Shown here: positions 34,056-46,391 of the stretch, one piece after another
How positions within the stretch are numbered: position 1 is the first letter of the stretch
Layout: each line of letters starts with the position of its first letter
NCBI GenBank assembly: GCA_976551045.1
Contig: CDPCPM010000014.1
Span: forward strand, 20,832,001-20,896,000
Direction of reading: 5' to 3'
DNA length: 64,000 nt
Origin: Glaucostegus cemiculus
Lineage: Eukaryota
Notes under the pieces: model-generated
What the model was told of the DNA's origin: nothing
Database searches by the model: none
Seen by the model: the letters and a program-made list of their open reading frames with translations, nothing else
Translations under genes and position numbers: made by a program

Positions 34056-34905
34056 TTTATTTCCATCCATAGATGCTGCCTGACCTGCTGAGTTCCTCCA
34101 GCATTTTGTGTGTGTTGCTCCAGACTTTAAGCACCTAGAGAATCTCTTATGTCACTGTAAAGTTGTGGAATGATAAAGCTTTGTGTTACCAACATAAATG
34201 GAAACCAGCTCTGCCTATTAATAATGTCTTGAGAGGAGTAGCATGTTGCTAAAGGAGGAAGTCGAGGGTACAACCTTGAAGGGCATGAGGAGGAAAAAAA
34301 AACAGTGAGATCTATCAGTGTTAAAATAGGTATTGTCCTTCACAGATCGACAATGGAAGAAAAGCAATAAAGTGGCTAAAATTGGTCACTTTGGCAATAA
34401 CAGCAGAAGTTAAGGTGTGAAAGAGAAAAGGCACGTTACAGTTGGAGATGTGGCAAAACATTTGTGCTTAAGGAGGGAGCTGTCTTGGTACAAATTAAGG
34501 TGCCAAGAGGATAAGGATTTGAACTTGAATTTTGAGTGTGATGAACATGAAGGTAGGAGGCTGCAAAGTATTCCAGAGATGTCAGAGAAGTGAAGGACCA
34601 TAAATTTCAATGAGAATCATTACCATAATAGACAATCATCTAGCTAATTGCATGGTTTAAGAGATAATATACTATGTTGTAAGTATATTTGCAAACATCC
34701 ACCGTCTCCATTTAACATCTGCCATAATTTACTATCTTCACAAAATATGAATTCATGCATTAGATGAGATATCTACCATGTTGCATATTAATACCATTTT
34801 GCATTGAATGTTTTGCTATTGTACTTAGTGCAAACTACTTGGTTGCAGTGCACAATTTTATAATTTTTGTTCCTATAGTAAGTTCTTGCATCACTTGTTT
34901 TTCAG

Positions 34906-35001
34906 CAACAAGGAATTGGTCGACCTAGTGTTTATCATGCAGTAGTCGTCATCTTTTTGGAATTCTTTGCCTGGGGACTGTTAACTACTCCAATGCTAAC
35001 T
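34906..35001 (+). CDS. MFSD14B: MFSD14B exon 2 (96 bp)
   Basis: ttcag|QQGIGRPSVYHAVVVIFLEFFAWGLLTTPMLT|gtaagt. GRPS and TTPMLT match MFSD14B rather than MFSD14A (TAPTLV). Confidence 0.95.
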
Positions 35002-35784
35002 GTAAGTACAATGTGTTTCATCATACACTTCTGCAATTATATCATCAAAGAAAATGTATACTTTTACTGAACTGGCCTAGTACTAGGTATGTGACATTTT
35101 TGTTTGGTATAGTGAGCATGTGGTGAAAGATGTGATGAATGCTATTGAATATAGCAAGGTTCTTGATTTGGAAACTCTCACCCTTTGGAAATCAAACATT
35201 GTGTCCTGAATTACTGCACATCATTTTCTCCAGAAGGTTCCAATGTACTAATAAACACCTGTGACGTTGTGGCCTTCATTTTCAAGCCACACACAATCCT
35301 ATTCAATGTGGAGGAGGTAGGTAGAGCCCATGTTTGTAAAAATATTAATATGTGATTAAAAAGTAATAAAAATGTATAGTTGTGTTTGCGTAGTTGTGGT
35401 TTAGAAGCCTTGTTCATACTGTAATTGAAAGTGTAGATATTGGCGTTAATACCTTTTTATTAATGTATCATTTAAAAATAAGTGGTTTCACATACCTTGT
35501 CAACATGGGTCTGTGCGAAACTTGAGTAAATGGCACAACGTGATGAGTGTCATTTGGTACATTGTCAACCTGGAGGAGAAAATGTCTGGTATAAACAAAG
35601 TGCTGTACTTCTGGATGGTAGCAGTTGTGGGTTTTGGTGGACAGTGGAGTGGGGTGAGCATGTTATGAGTGGGGGTTGATGTGATGATTTCTGCTTTGTC
35701 AGTAGTGCTGTTTTTTTCCACACAAAACAAGGTCCTATCTGCCTGTTCAGGTCACTATGTTGTTTGGGAAGATAGATGTAATAA

Positions 35785-35869
35785 TTAAAAGCACTTCCCT
35801 GTTCTTGAATAATGAGAGTTTTCTCGCATGAGAAATCTCATTATTCAAAGAGCGGGGAAGTTCTCTTAA
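35785..35869. repeat. TTAA-flanked palindrome (candidate Kolobok/piggyBac-type MITE or hairpin RNA)
   Basis: TTAA-AAGCACTTCCCTGTTCTTGAATAATGAGAGTTTTCTC-gcat-GAGAAATCTCATTATTCAAAGAGCGGGGAAGTTCTC-TTAA. Confidence 0.75.
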
Positions 35870-37314
35870 CTTGCAGGCCAGCCTTTATTCCCGAAGTAAC
35901 AGCTGAAAATTATTGAATGGTTATTTCACATTGTGTAATTTTTGCCAACTTGGAGAAATAAAGACATCAGATGTTGACGTTAAATGATTTGAATCTGGTT
36001 TTGTTAATGTTTCCATCCTGAAGTTATTAACAATATAAAATGTTCAATGATAATTTGAAATTTAAAGTGGTTCACAACAAATCACTTTTTTCAAAGTGAG
36101 CAGCTGGTGATGTTTCATTTGACCATTTTCCATTCCACGATTTAACTAATTTTAACCAAAATAAATTGGGAATTTTCTTGATAATTGATGCCAATTGACA
36201 GAACTTGCTTTTTCTCCGGCTTGGCTAAGACTTTTTACGTAGAAAGTAATGAAGTGTCATCACTGATATGACTTTTTTTCACTAAACTTCTTTTTGGAGT
36301 TACTTTTAAAGATATTTACAGAGAGAAATAAATAATTGCTTAACTTAAAAGTTTTTGAATAATTTTGTCTTGCATTTAAACTTGTCAGCAAGGAGCATGT
36401 TAACATAAGGCACAGAGGAAGCTTTCCTCTGCTAAAGATAATATCTTGGTTATTTAAGATGTGCATTGCTACCACTTTTGGTTGCCATAGTTTAAGGAAA
36501 AAAACGGTTTTGCAATAGGCAGAAATAAAATGCAGAAGGGTTCTTATGGATGCTGGAATATACTGTACTACCTGTAAACTAAAGAATGAATTAAAAAGCT
36601 GATAATTTGCTGCTTACAGTAGCATAAGTGGGTGACCTAAATTTTTTTTCAGTTATCCTGGTTTATAGTGGTTATTGTTTCTGGGCATTACCGTGATTTT
36701 TCAGGTCTCTTAAAAGAACATGGTTTGTTCAGCTAACCAAAATCATTGCTGTAATGCAGGAAAACACTGCAGTCAACTTGCATTCAGTAATATTCCACAA
36801 ATAGTAATGAGATGAATGATCAAGTAATTGATTACATAAGTGGAGGGGTCATGGGATAGATGTGTCAAAATTGCAGTGAGAAGGTAGGGCGGAGTGAAGA
36901 GAAAATACATATTAGTGGTTTAGCTGAATTATTTGCAAGAGCTAGTTGTGGGTGAGAGAAAGCTGTAACCAGGCTACTTGTTTGTCTTTCCTTGATCTGA
37001 CAATCTTTCAGTATTTTCTAAGCCCTCTACAATTGCACTTCTGTCTTTCTCTGGCTTAATTGCATTTTTCTTATGGTCTTTTCACCTTGGCTAGTTGCAC
37101 TTTTTCTTTCTCCCTGCTCAGCAAGGTGTTCTTTTATGCCATAAACAATTTCCTCCTTTTCCATTCAATTAAAGGGAGAAGAATATAGTTGAATTCTAGA
37201 GTAGTTAAAGCCATTGCTGGAAGCAGAGAGCTGCAGAATTCCCAAGAGAAAAAAATGAGTTGCCTGACATTGTTTTGTCAGTACTTCAGGTGTTTGTGCT
37301 CTCTGTGAATGAAG

Positions 37315-37620
37315 ACTGAAAAGGCAGCACAGTGGCTCACAGCTCCAGCAATCTGGGTTTAGTCCTGACCTTTGTACATTCTCCCTGTGAAGCACATAAT
37401 TTCCTGAAGTTGTTTTGCTTTATTCCTACATCCCAAGAACATGCTAATTGATTGGATAATTAATTATAATAAATTACCCCTGGTGTCATCAGAGTGGAAT
37501 TGATGGGCATCAGAAAAAATAGATTTTGGGGTAATTGGTGGGGGGGGGGGGGTGGAATTGCTGTGAGAGCTGGCATAGATTTGATAGGCTGAATGGTCTC
37601 ATTCTGTGTTGTAAGAAAAT
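37315..37620 (+). mobile_element. V-SINE/HE1-like SINE relic
   Basis: GGCAGCACAGTGG..CACAGCTCCAGCAATCTGGGTTTAGTCCTGACC..TACATCCCAAG..TAAATTACCCC; similar to 57040-57400. Confidence 0.55.
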
Positions 37621-37749
37621 ATTATGTGAATAATTTCAATGCCTTGCTTTCCTGGTATTCTGATTGTATGTTAAAGTTCTTTGCATAACTAATGTAGCAT
37701 TTGGTGTAGTCAGTTTCCATTACTCTATAAATTTTTTTTGTAGAGTTTG

Positions 37750-38022
37750 TAGGGCGTAATTTTAAGGTGATTGGAGGAAGGTATAAGGGGGATACCAGAG
37801 GTTTATTTTACACAGTGGTGGGTGCGTGGAACACATTGCTGGCAGAGGTTGTGAGGGGCAGATACATTAGGGACATTTAAGAGACTCTTAGACACATGAA
37901 TGATAGAAAAATGGAAGGCTATGTGGGAGGGATGGGCTGGATCGATATTGAAGCAGGATAGAATGTCAGCACAACATCATGGGCCGAAGGGCCTGTACCG
38001 TGCTGTAATATTCTATGTTCTA
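37750..38022 (+). mobile_element. CR1 LINE 3' end
   Basis: TTTAAGGTGATTGGAGGAAGGTATAAGGGGGA..GGGCCGAAGGGCCTGTACCGTGCTG..TTCTATGTTCTA; matches 52500-52765. Confidence 0.8.
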
Positions 38023-38176
38023 AATGTGGCTCTTGCTAAACCAAAGCGTAAGAACGTCATTTTGACTTGCGCACAGTGGAAGTATTGACAATTGCTAAAC
38101 CTGTTTTTTGAATGAAATTATTACTTCGTGTTTTCTCTTCTTTATATATAATATTTTCACATTTTTTCTTTGGCAG

Positions 38177-38239
38177 GTTTTGCATGAAACCTTTCCTAAA
38201 CATACATTTCTAATGAATGGCCTTATTCAGGGTGTAAAG
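38177..38239 (+). CDS. MFSD14B: MFSD14B exon 3 (63 bp)
   Basis: ggcag|VLHETFPKHTFLMNGLIQGVK|gtaaga. Confidence 0.95.
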
Positions 38240-40419
38240 GTAAGAATATATCTGGAATTCACTTTCTGATAAACAGAAACAAAGTTGGATATCATTTTGT
38301 AGAAATGGATAAAGATAAGTGATGTATGTGAGATTGCAAAGTACTAATGCAGATCAAACACCAAACAATTTAAAGGTGATATTGTTCATGTGATTCTGTA
38401 TGATTCTAACAAAAAAATTTTTAAGGATGTTCCCAAAAATTTCATGACCACGTTTATCACATGTACATAATGTTTGAAAGAATAATGCAATACAAGAATG
38501 CATACTGTATTGCTGGGATGGCATCTTGTAATTTCTTTTGCTTTATGCTCTGGAAGCATTTATACAAGTCATTAATATACTTAAAATATATAGTTTCTCT
38601 GAGTGGATGGGTATTTGTAAGGGAAATTAGTCTCGCGGTTTACACAAAAAGAACTCTAATTGCTGTTTCTGAGGTTAATCCAATTTATTAATGTCCCAAT
38701 TGTTTACTTCTGAATTTGGTCATGCCATTTTTATGCTTACACGTTGCTGAACTTATTTTGAAATAGTTTTGGAGAGCTGTACACGTTCTCTGACAAAACT
38801 ACTCCATGGATAACCTGCTGTAAAACTCGATCAGTATGTAGTTCACACAGCAGCACAGCATAAACCATGTTTAGTTTCCTGTTCTGAAGGCAGCAGCCGC
38901 ACTGGCAAAGCCTGAGAGTGTACACTAAGTGAACTGCTGCGAACCACTGAATAAGAGATTCATCAATTAGAGAAAGGGTAAATAAAGTAGCTTGAGAGTT
39001 AAGATGTCTATTGTATGTTAAATTGTTTAGCCTTGCCGGTCACTAATGATACTTTCTTTGATGCACCAGTATTTGGGGACAATCCAGGTCCTGGATGTGA
39101 CTATGAGCAAATAATTTTAATACACTGTGCCTGACATTGCGTTCATTGTGGCATGACATTGTGGATTCTATTTTGCAATGTCAGTGCTGGAAGCAACATT
39201 CTACAAGAAGCATCTGCTCTTTAAAACAATTGATCACAACTAGAAAATTTTTTGCATTCCTATATCCTACATTTGTTTGAACTGCTTGCCACTGTGCTAG
39301 CTTTTCATTTGGCAAGGGTTATTATTGCTGTCATAGAAATCATACTGATTCCAATGTCATCTGCCAGAAATTCCTATTCAGAGAATTTTACAGATTCTTT
39401 CAAGTGTTAAAACCAGCTCTTGGTAGGTAAAAAGATCAATCCCGTGGTTCATTTTCATCAAAGTGCTCAAGAATGTGGTGTTGCATGCTTAGACTCGCTT
39501 GCAGAAATTTATGGCTTTTTTTTTGTCTGAGGAAGAATTTACATATATTCCCCAAGCTGTAACCTGTGGAAAATCAAAAAGGCACCATGCTGATAAATAC
39601 CATATCTTTTGTAAATCTAGCTCATAAACAAGTAAATATCTACAAAGGAAAAGTGAATATTTAGCATTTATTTTGACGTAGAACAGTGTGCTCCATTATT
39701 TGCCTCTGGGATATTTTTTAATGGCCTATGTTGTAAGTGTAGAATAGTCACCAAATTCATTTCATATATAAGTAACAATACTGTTCTGTAGTTATCAGTT
39801 TGATTACTTTGTCTTTTGAGGTTAATTTGATGAAATGCATTGTGAGAGTCATCAAATTGAGTTCTCATCCATTAGGATTTGTTGAAATGTACAACTCCTG
39901 AGTGATTTCTGGCAAATCATGCTACATCTTCCTACATTAAAGTTTTGTTTTTACTCCCTCTTCAATTGATTTTTCAGATTTTACACATGAATAATAATTA
40001 AAAGGGAACAGAGGAAGATAATATTTGTTTCGCAGATGATACCTGACCTATTAAGTGTCTTCTGCATTTTTGTTTCAGATTCTGCTGTTGTATTTATGTT
40101 TTGTTCATAATGACGTAATGTGTGATTGCATTATGTTGCTTCTGCATTTCATTTCCCTATTATTAAAGTAATGAAATTTGTCTGAATTACTCAGTATAGA
40201 TACTTGTGATAGAAGAGTAAACAGTACTGGATACTCTTGAATTTGATTTCAGTTAAACGTAAATAAAAGGAATTCTGTAATTCCAGAGATGCCCCTTCCG
40301 CAACCCTTGATCTGATTTATTTTTCCTCGTCTTATTCTGTGAACTTTAAATTCAGCTTGGAATAACTGTTACTTTACTATTGTGTTTTGAGATGATATTG
40401 AAATAGGGAAATTTTGTTT

Positions 40420-40732
40420 TTAACAATGACAGAGTACAGGGAGGAGATGGGACCAAGTGGCATGGTGTCATGACAACAACCTTTTCTCTCAGTGTTAGCA
40501 AAACAAGAGAGCTGGTTATTGACTTCAGGAAGCGGAGTGGTGCACACGCTTCTGTTTTATGTCAGTGATCCTGAGGTAAAGAGGGTGGAGAGCTTCCAAT
40601 TCCTAGGAGTAAACATCACCAATAGTCTGTCCTGTACCAAACACATAGATGCCAGCGCCTCTACTTCCTCAGGAGGTAATTCGGCATGTCCCCATTGGCC
40701 CTCACCAATTTTTATAGATGTACCATAGAAAG
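40420..40732 (+). mobile_element. Rex1/Babar internal fragment
   Basis: RVESFQFLGVNITNSLS; collinear with 9560-9880 and 30575-30900. Confidence 0.7.
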
Positions 40733-40734
40733 CT

Positions 40735-41700
40735 GCCTGTGACCAGTGGTGCACCACAGGGATCAGTGGTTGAGACTCCTGCTGTTTGTTGCATATTTTG
40801 ATCTGAATATAGGAGGTATGATTAGTAAGCTTGCACATGACACAAATTGGTAGTGGTATTGATAGTGAGGATGGTAGTCTTAAGTTACAGGATGATATTG
40901 ATCAGTCAGTAAGATGGGCAGAGCAGTAGTAGATGGAGTTTAATCCTGATAGGTGTGAGGTGATGCACTTTGGAAGGATTAATACAAGTAGAATGAACAT
41001 AGTGAATGGCAGGGCCCAAGGGAATATTAAGGAACGATGGGATTTTGGTGTGCAAGTCCAGGGATCACTGAAGATTGTAGCTCAGGTTGGGTAAGGTGGT
41101 GAAGAAAGTATATGTGATGCTTGCTCTGATTAGCCAGGGCAGGGTATGTTAAAGCAGGGAGGTTATAGTACAACATTATAAAACATTGGTTAGGTTGCAG
41201 CTGAAGTACTATCTGCAGTTCTGGTTGACACACTACAGGAATGATGTGATTGTACTAGAGAAGGTGACTCTCTTATGCACCAGGGTATTACCCAGGATGG
41301 AGCATTTGAATTTTGAGGGAGGCTGGAGAGACTAAGTTTGTTTACTTCAGAGCACCAGAGACTGAGAGGGGACCTGATCGAGGTATACAAAATTATGAGA
41401 GGTGTAGATAGAGTAGATTGTAAGGAAATCTTCTTGATTTGTGTCTGAAAGTTGGGGGTAGGAAGTTTAGATGGGATGTGAGGGAGAATGTTTTTTCCAT
41501 GCAGAAGGTACTTGGATTGGAAACTAACTGCCTGTGGAGGTGGTGAGGCAGAGACTCAACATCTAAGCAGTTTGTAGATGAGTATTTGAAATGCCAAGGT
41601 AGAGAAGGTGATAGGCCATGTGCTGGAAAATGGGACGAGTATAGAGTGGTACTAGGTGGTGGGGAGAAAGGCCTGCATCCATGCTGTATTGCTCTGACAT
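40735..41700 (+). mobile_element. Degenerate CR1 LINE (RT to 3' end)
   Basis: Collinear with the young CR1 at 51770-52760 (CAGATGGAGTTTAATCC..TGTGAGGTGATGCACTTTGG; CTGAGAGGGGACCTGATCGAGGTATACAAAATTATG). Confidence 0.75.
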
Positions 41701-42796
41701 CTTGTTTTTATTTCAAATTTCCAGCTTCCACAACATATTACTTTTAAAACAAACATGTTACCAACTTTATATTTGCAGTATTTTGTGTTTGATTATAATC
41801 TTCCAAACATCTATTATTTTGCTACTTAGTGTACGTGCAATTGCGGACATGGTGCACAAAAGCACACAAGGTTGTCATAACTCCATGTCCAATTCTACAA
41901 GTTAACTTTAGTTGTGAAATACAGAGAAGTAAATAATTGGAAAACCTGGTAGATTATTCTGCATTAGTAGTAATTCTTGTATGTTTTTAATCTGAAAACA
42001 AAACTTTAAATGTTTCTTCTCATGGAAACGTGTATGACTAAACCACTATAGTCCAGATTTTTTTTTTAACTTGCAGCCAAGTTTGCTGTCATTTATCTCT
42101 GAGTGAATTGGTTTTCTTTGTTCGGATCTGTCTATGATCTGGAGACTAGACATTTAAGAATGTAAACTAAACCTTTGAAGAAAGGAAGTATGGTTGGGCA
42201 TGGGACTTTAGTTCCAATCTACACTATTCATTGAGTATGAATAGGAAAGGAATGCCCTTGACAAAAAGACCAATCACTTTGAAGTCTGGCTAGCTCCTTG
42301 CAAATATTATTGTTTTCACCCAAGAGGCAAAGCATCAGTTTCAGACCTACTACTGAGAATTCCCTTCTCCCTCTGTAGCTTTCTACTTCACAATAGAGCA
42401 GTAATATTCTATTGTTTTAGATGTGTGGCCATTTATAACATTGTTAAAAGGTTGTTAAAATCAATACTATTATGCATTGCACTGTGGCTCTTGGGGCCAA
42501 GTGTAAGTCTCAAAAATAATTGGCATGTGTCCTATAAGATATAATTGCAAAAAGTCTGAAAATAATGGGAAGAGAATGGGAAAACTAATCCATTACAGGA
42601 AGCAAGATGGTCATTTAGATGTTGCATTGAATGGACATTATTTTAAGAATGAATCTGTTTTTAATCACCTGAAATGCAGAAAGTACTGAATGTATGAGTT
42701 AAGTGTCCATATAATCCTGCTTGTAGATCAGAATATGTAAAACTGTATTCTGTGGCCACCTGATGTAATTCTATGCTTTCTCTCTCCTTTTTTTAG

Positions 42797-42924
42797 GGTT
42801 TTTTATCATTTATGAGTGCTCCATTAATAGGTGCTTTGTCCGATGTGTGGGGAAGAAGATCATTTCTTTTACTAACTGTGTTCTTCACTTGTGTCCCAAT
42901 TCCATTAATGAGGATAAGTCCATG
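42797..42924 (+). CDS. MFSD14B: MFSD14B exon 4 (128 bp)
   Basis: tttag|GFLSFMSAPLIGALSDVWGRRSFLLLTVFFTCVPIPLMRISP-W|gtaagt. Contains MFS motif A (GxxxDxxGRR). Confidence 0.95.
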
Positions 42925-43421
42925 GTAAGTATGTTGTTATATTGGTTAGTTCACATAATGTTCACCACTAAACATATAAGAAACAACAGGAGGGATAGAA
43001 ATGCAAGAACATTCTTTTGTAGCAATTTAACTGTTATTATTCACATAAATTGAAAGGGTTAGTAAGTATCCTAAAAATGAAATAAATTAGTATGTGAACC
43101 AGCTTGCACTGTCTCAGATTTTAATATGACCAAATACTATGTATCAAAGTATGATTAAGTTGCAAGATAAAGCTGCATTTGGAATGAAATAGGAGGAGAA
43201 GGCAGTATCAACATTTTGAAACTGCATGGAAGTAGACCACCTTCAGGATGAGAACAATAACAGAGGAAAATTTTCAAATGAAAATAATTTTTTGCATTTA
43301 ACGCTAAAGTCAAAAAATTTGCTTCTAAAGCAAAATCTTAAAGTTAGAAACTGGGAGAAAGCCAACTTTTTTTTAATATTGGAGATGCAATTTGTTATGC
43401 TCTTTTCCTTTTTTTTTGCAG

Positions 43422-43536
43422 GTGGTATTTTGCTGTTATTTCAGTGTCTGGAATTTTTGCAGTCACATTTTCAGTGATATTCGCATACGTAGCTGATATT
43501 ACGCAAGAACACGAGAGGAGTACAGCATATGGACTA
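43422..43536 (+). CDS. MFSD14B: MFSD14B exon 5 (115 bp)
   Basis: tgcag|(W)WYFAVISVSGIFAVTFSVIFAYVADITQEHERSTAYGL|gtaaga. Confidence 0.95.
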
Positions 43537-43814
43537 GTAAGATAATTTTTCATACTTTTCTGCACATGTAGAACAGTTTACATTCCCTACAATTGTAAGT
43601 TTATCTTGTCATTTTCTCTTTTCCCCTCTATACCCCTTGTTTTGATAGAATACGTGTTTTAACAGATTGCAATTATGCCAGTTCTAGGTTATAATGCTAT
43701 GGGTTTAGTTTCCATATACCTGCGCAATTAACCCCTTGTGTTTGCAGTCATAATCCTTGAAAGTTGCGCTTCTAAAACCTGCCTCCTATTGAGAGGCTGT
43801 ATTTATGGTTCAGT

Positions 43815-44685
43815 CGTTAGTGCTCTTGTTGGAATCTGATTTTTGCAAGTGATGCAAAAATCAGCAGTATGGTTGATGGTCAGGTGGTTATTCATAAGTT
43901 AGACGATGATATGGATCAGTTGGTAAGATGGGCAGAGCAATGGCAGATGGGACTTAATCCTGATTAAGTGTGAGGTGATGATTTTTGAAAGGACAGAAAA
44001 GGGTAGGACATACAAAATGAATGGTAGCGCCTTGGGGAGTATGACGGATTTGGATCCCTGAAGCTGCCAGCAAAAGTAGCCAAGGTGATGAAGAAGGTAT
44101 ATGGGATATTTTACTTCATTAGCTGGACGTAGAATGTAAGAGCAACAAAATTAATGGAACAGCTTTGGTTAGGCCACAGCTAGAGGTCTGTGTACAGTTC
44201 TGGTCTCCATGCTATAGAAAGGACATGATTGCATTGGAGAAGATTCAGAGGCAGTTCATCAGGATGTTGCCAGAGATGGAGATTTCAGTTATGAAGCGAG
44301 ATTAAAGAGGCTGTGTTTGTTTTCCGTGATGCAGAATAGGCCCGGGGGGAAACCTGATAAAAGTGTACATATTTATGAGGGGGGATAGATAGGGCAGATA
44401 GCAGGAACTTTTCACCATAGCATAGGTTTAAGGTAAGCAGTAAGAGGCTTAGAAGGGATCTCAGGAAGAAACCTTTTACCCAAAGGGTGGTTGGAATCTG
44501 TAGTATATTGCCTGATTGGATGCTGGAGGCAGAGATTTTCACAATGTTTGAAGTACTTAGGTGAACACTTGAATTGCCAGCACATGGAAGGCTATGGACA
44601 AGTGCTGTAATTGGTGTAGATGGGTAATTGAGATCAGCATGAGCATGGTGGGTCAAAGGGCCTGTTTCTGTGCTCTATGACTGAC
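43815..44685 (+). mobile_element. Degenerate CR1 LINE (RT to 3' end)
   Basis: Collinear with the CR1 copies at 40735-41700 and 51770-52760. 3' GGGCCTGTTTCTGTGCTCTATGACT. Confidence 0.75.
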
Positions 44686-44709
44686 TTCATGTTACTATGA
44701 TTGTGGATC

Positions 44710-44870
44710 ATAATTCAGGCCCTTTAGTGCAACGCTGAGAGAGTGCTACAGTAGTGGAGGTTCCACCTTTTGAATGAGGACATGTCGGGTTGATGTGAAA
44801 GATCCCATGCATTATCTGGGTGAAAGCAGGTTCCTTCATCCAAGTCAATGATATGCATTATAAAAAGTTG
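44710..44870 (+). mobile_element. Deu-domain SINE fragment
   Basis: AGTGCAACGCTGAGAGAGTGCTACAGTAGTGGAGG..TTTGAATGAG..GATGTGAAAGATCCCATG resembles the DeuSINE central domain. Confidence 0.5.
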
Positions 44871-45099
44871 AGACCCTAGCATGAAAACCTATGGCATACA
44901 AATCAGTACAAACTGTCAACCAGAAAAAGACCCATTTATGCCTACTCTGCTTCTTGTTAGTCAGCCAATCTTCTTTCCATGCCAATATTAGTTCCTTCAC
45001 TGAGAGCTTTCATTTTCTTTGAGAACCTTTTGGCATAGCACCTTATTACAGCCAGGAGTTAGATATCAAGCAATATATTAAATTTTGTCAAAGTAACCT

Positions 45100-45790
45100 A
45101 GAAAATAGGAGAAGACGGACGGATTCCATCATTCAATCTGATTGTCACCGATCATCCACTTCAGTGACCTGTTCCTGCCACCTTCCCCTATCCCCTGATC
45201 GCTTCAGTATATCCAACATTTTGAATACAGTTAATGACTTGGACTCCACAGCCTTGTGGAGAATTCAACACATTCAGCAGGTTTTAGGTTAAGAAATTTC
45301 TCCTGATTTCAGTTCTGGGTGGCATAACCCATGTCCTGAGATGGTGACCTTGGTTCTGGGCTGTCCATCCATCTGGAACATCGTTCCTGTATCTGTCCAG
45401 TCCTGTTAGAATTCAATAATTTTCTATGACAACCCCTCATTTCTCTGTACTTTAATGAATTTAGGCCTAACCACCCCAATCTCCATGTACATCAGTCCTG
45501 ATATTTCAAGAATCAGTCTAATAAATCTTTATTGCAGTGCCTTTGTTGCACTCTATCCTTGGCAAGGTCATTCTTGGATAAGGAGACCACAACTGCACAC
45601 AAAACTCCAGATGGGGTCTAACCAAGGTCCTTCAAGACTACAAACAAAATATCCTTCCTTCAATACTCAAATCATCTTGCAGTGAAGGTCCAACATACCA
45701 TTAGAATGATAACTGCTGCATCTTTCAGCAACTGCTATACAAGACACTTGGGTCTCTTTGCACCTTCTCTTAATCTATCACAATAATGTC
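45100..45790 (-). mobile_element. Old CR1-like LINE 3' region
   Basis: GGAGACCACAACTGCACACAAAACTCCAGATGGGGTCTAACC is the reverse complement of the CR1 motif LVRPHLEFCVQLWSP. Confidence 0.65.
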
Positions 45791-46154
45791 TTCATATACT
45801 TAAAACCAAGGAGGTAGATTTTTCAATTTCTACTACCTTTTTATTTGAATCTTTACTGAAGTATTTCCCTCTTAAACATTTTGCATCATCTGCAAAAATC
45901 TATAAAATTTACATGATTACAATATAAAATGCTGGGTTTTTCCTCTTATTTTGTTTGATTTTTAAACTACATAACTTTTTCATTAAATTCTCATGTTAAA
46001 TTGGTGACAGAGAATAGCAGCTCAATGATGAACCCATTTGAAACTAAAAAGTATGCTGTATTATTAAATCGGTAACTGCAAGACACCCATTTTATTTACC
46101 TCTTCATTGTAACACCTACAGTGTAACAAAATTTGCCCATACTGCTTGGTCACA

Positions 46155-46354
46155 GAACAGTACATCACAGGAACAGGCCCTTCGGCCCATGATGTTGTGC
46201 TGAACTAATCAAACTATCCCTTCTGCTGGCACAATGTCCGTATCCGTCAATTCTCTGTACATTCATGTGCCTATCTAGGAGCGTCTTAAGCACCTCTATC
46301 ATATTTGCCCCCACCACCACCACCCTTGGTAGTGCATTTCCAGGCACCCACCAC

Positions 46355-46355
<1 letters not shown>
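46155..46355 (-). mobile_element. CR1 3' end fragment followed by a (TG)n/(TATG) microsatellite (46356-46415)
   Basis: ACAGGAACAGGCCCTTCGGCCCATGATGTTGTGC is the reverse complement of the CR1 3' UTR. ORF 46165-46347 contains NALPRVVV..LLDRHMN. Confidence 0.8.

Positions 46356-46391
<36 letters not shown>

Larger units (their letters stand above)
33155..34155. mobile_element. Penelope-like element with inverted terminal (pLTR) arms
   Basis: 33155-33598 (minus) and 33656-34100 (plus) are reverse-complement copies. Minus strand 33652-33569 translates RLEEQHLIFCLGSLQPDGLNIDSSNFQ*, the C-terminus of a PLE GIY-YIG endonuclease (E..I..L..L.P.GLN). Each arm ends in a hammerhead-like motif. Confidence 0.85.

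Noticed and set aside
33182-34091. Paralogous-looking ORFs starting MFSLIPVAP on opposite strands
   Set aside because: An artefact of the inverted PLE non-coding arms (non-ATG starts, low complexity).
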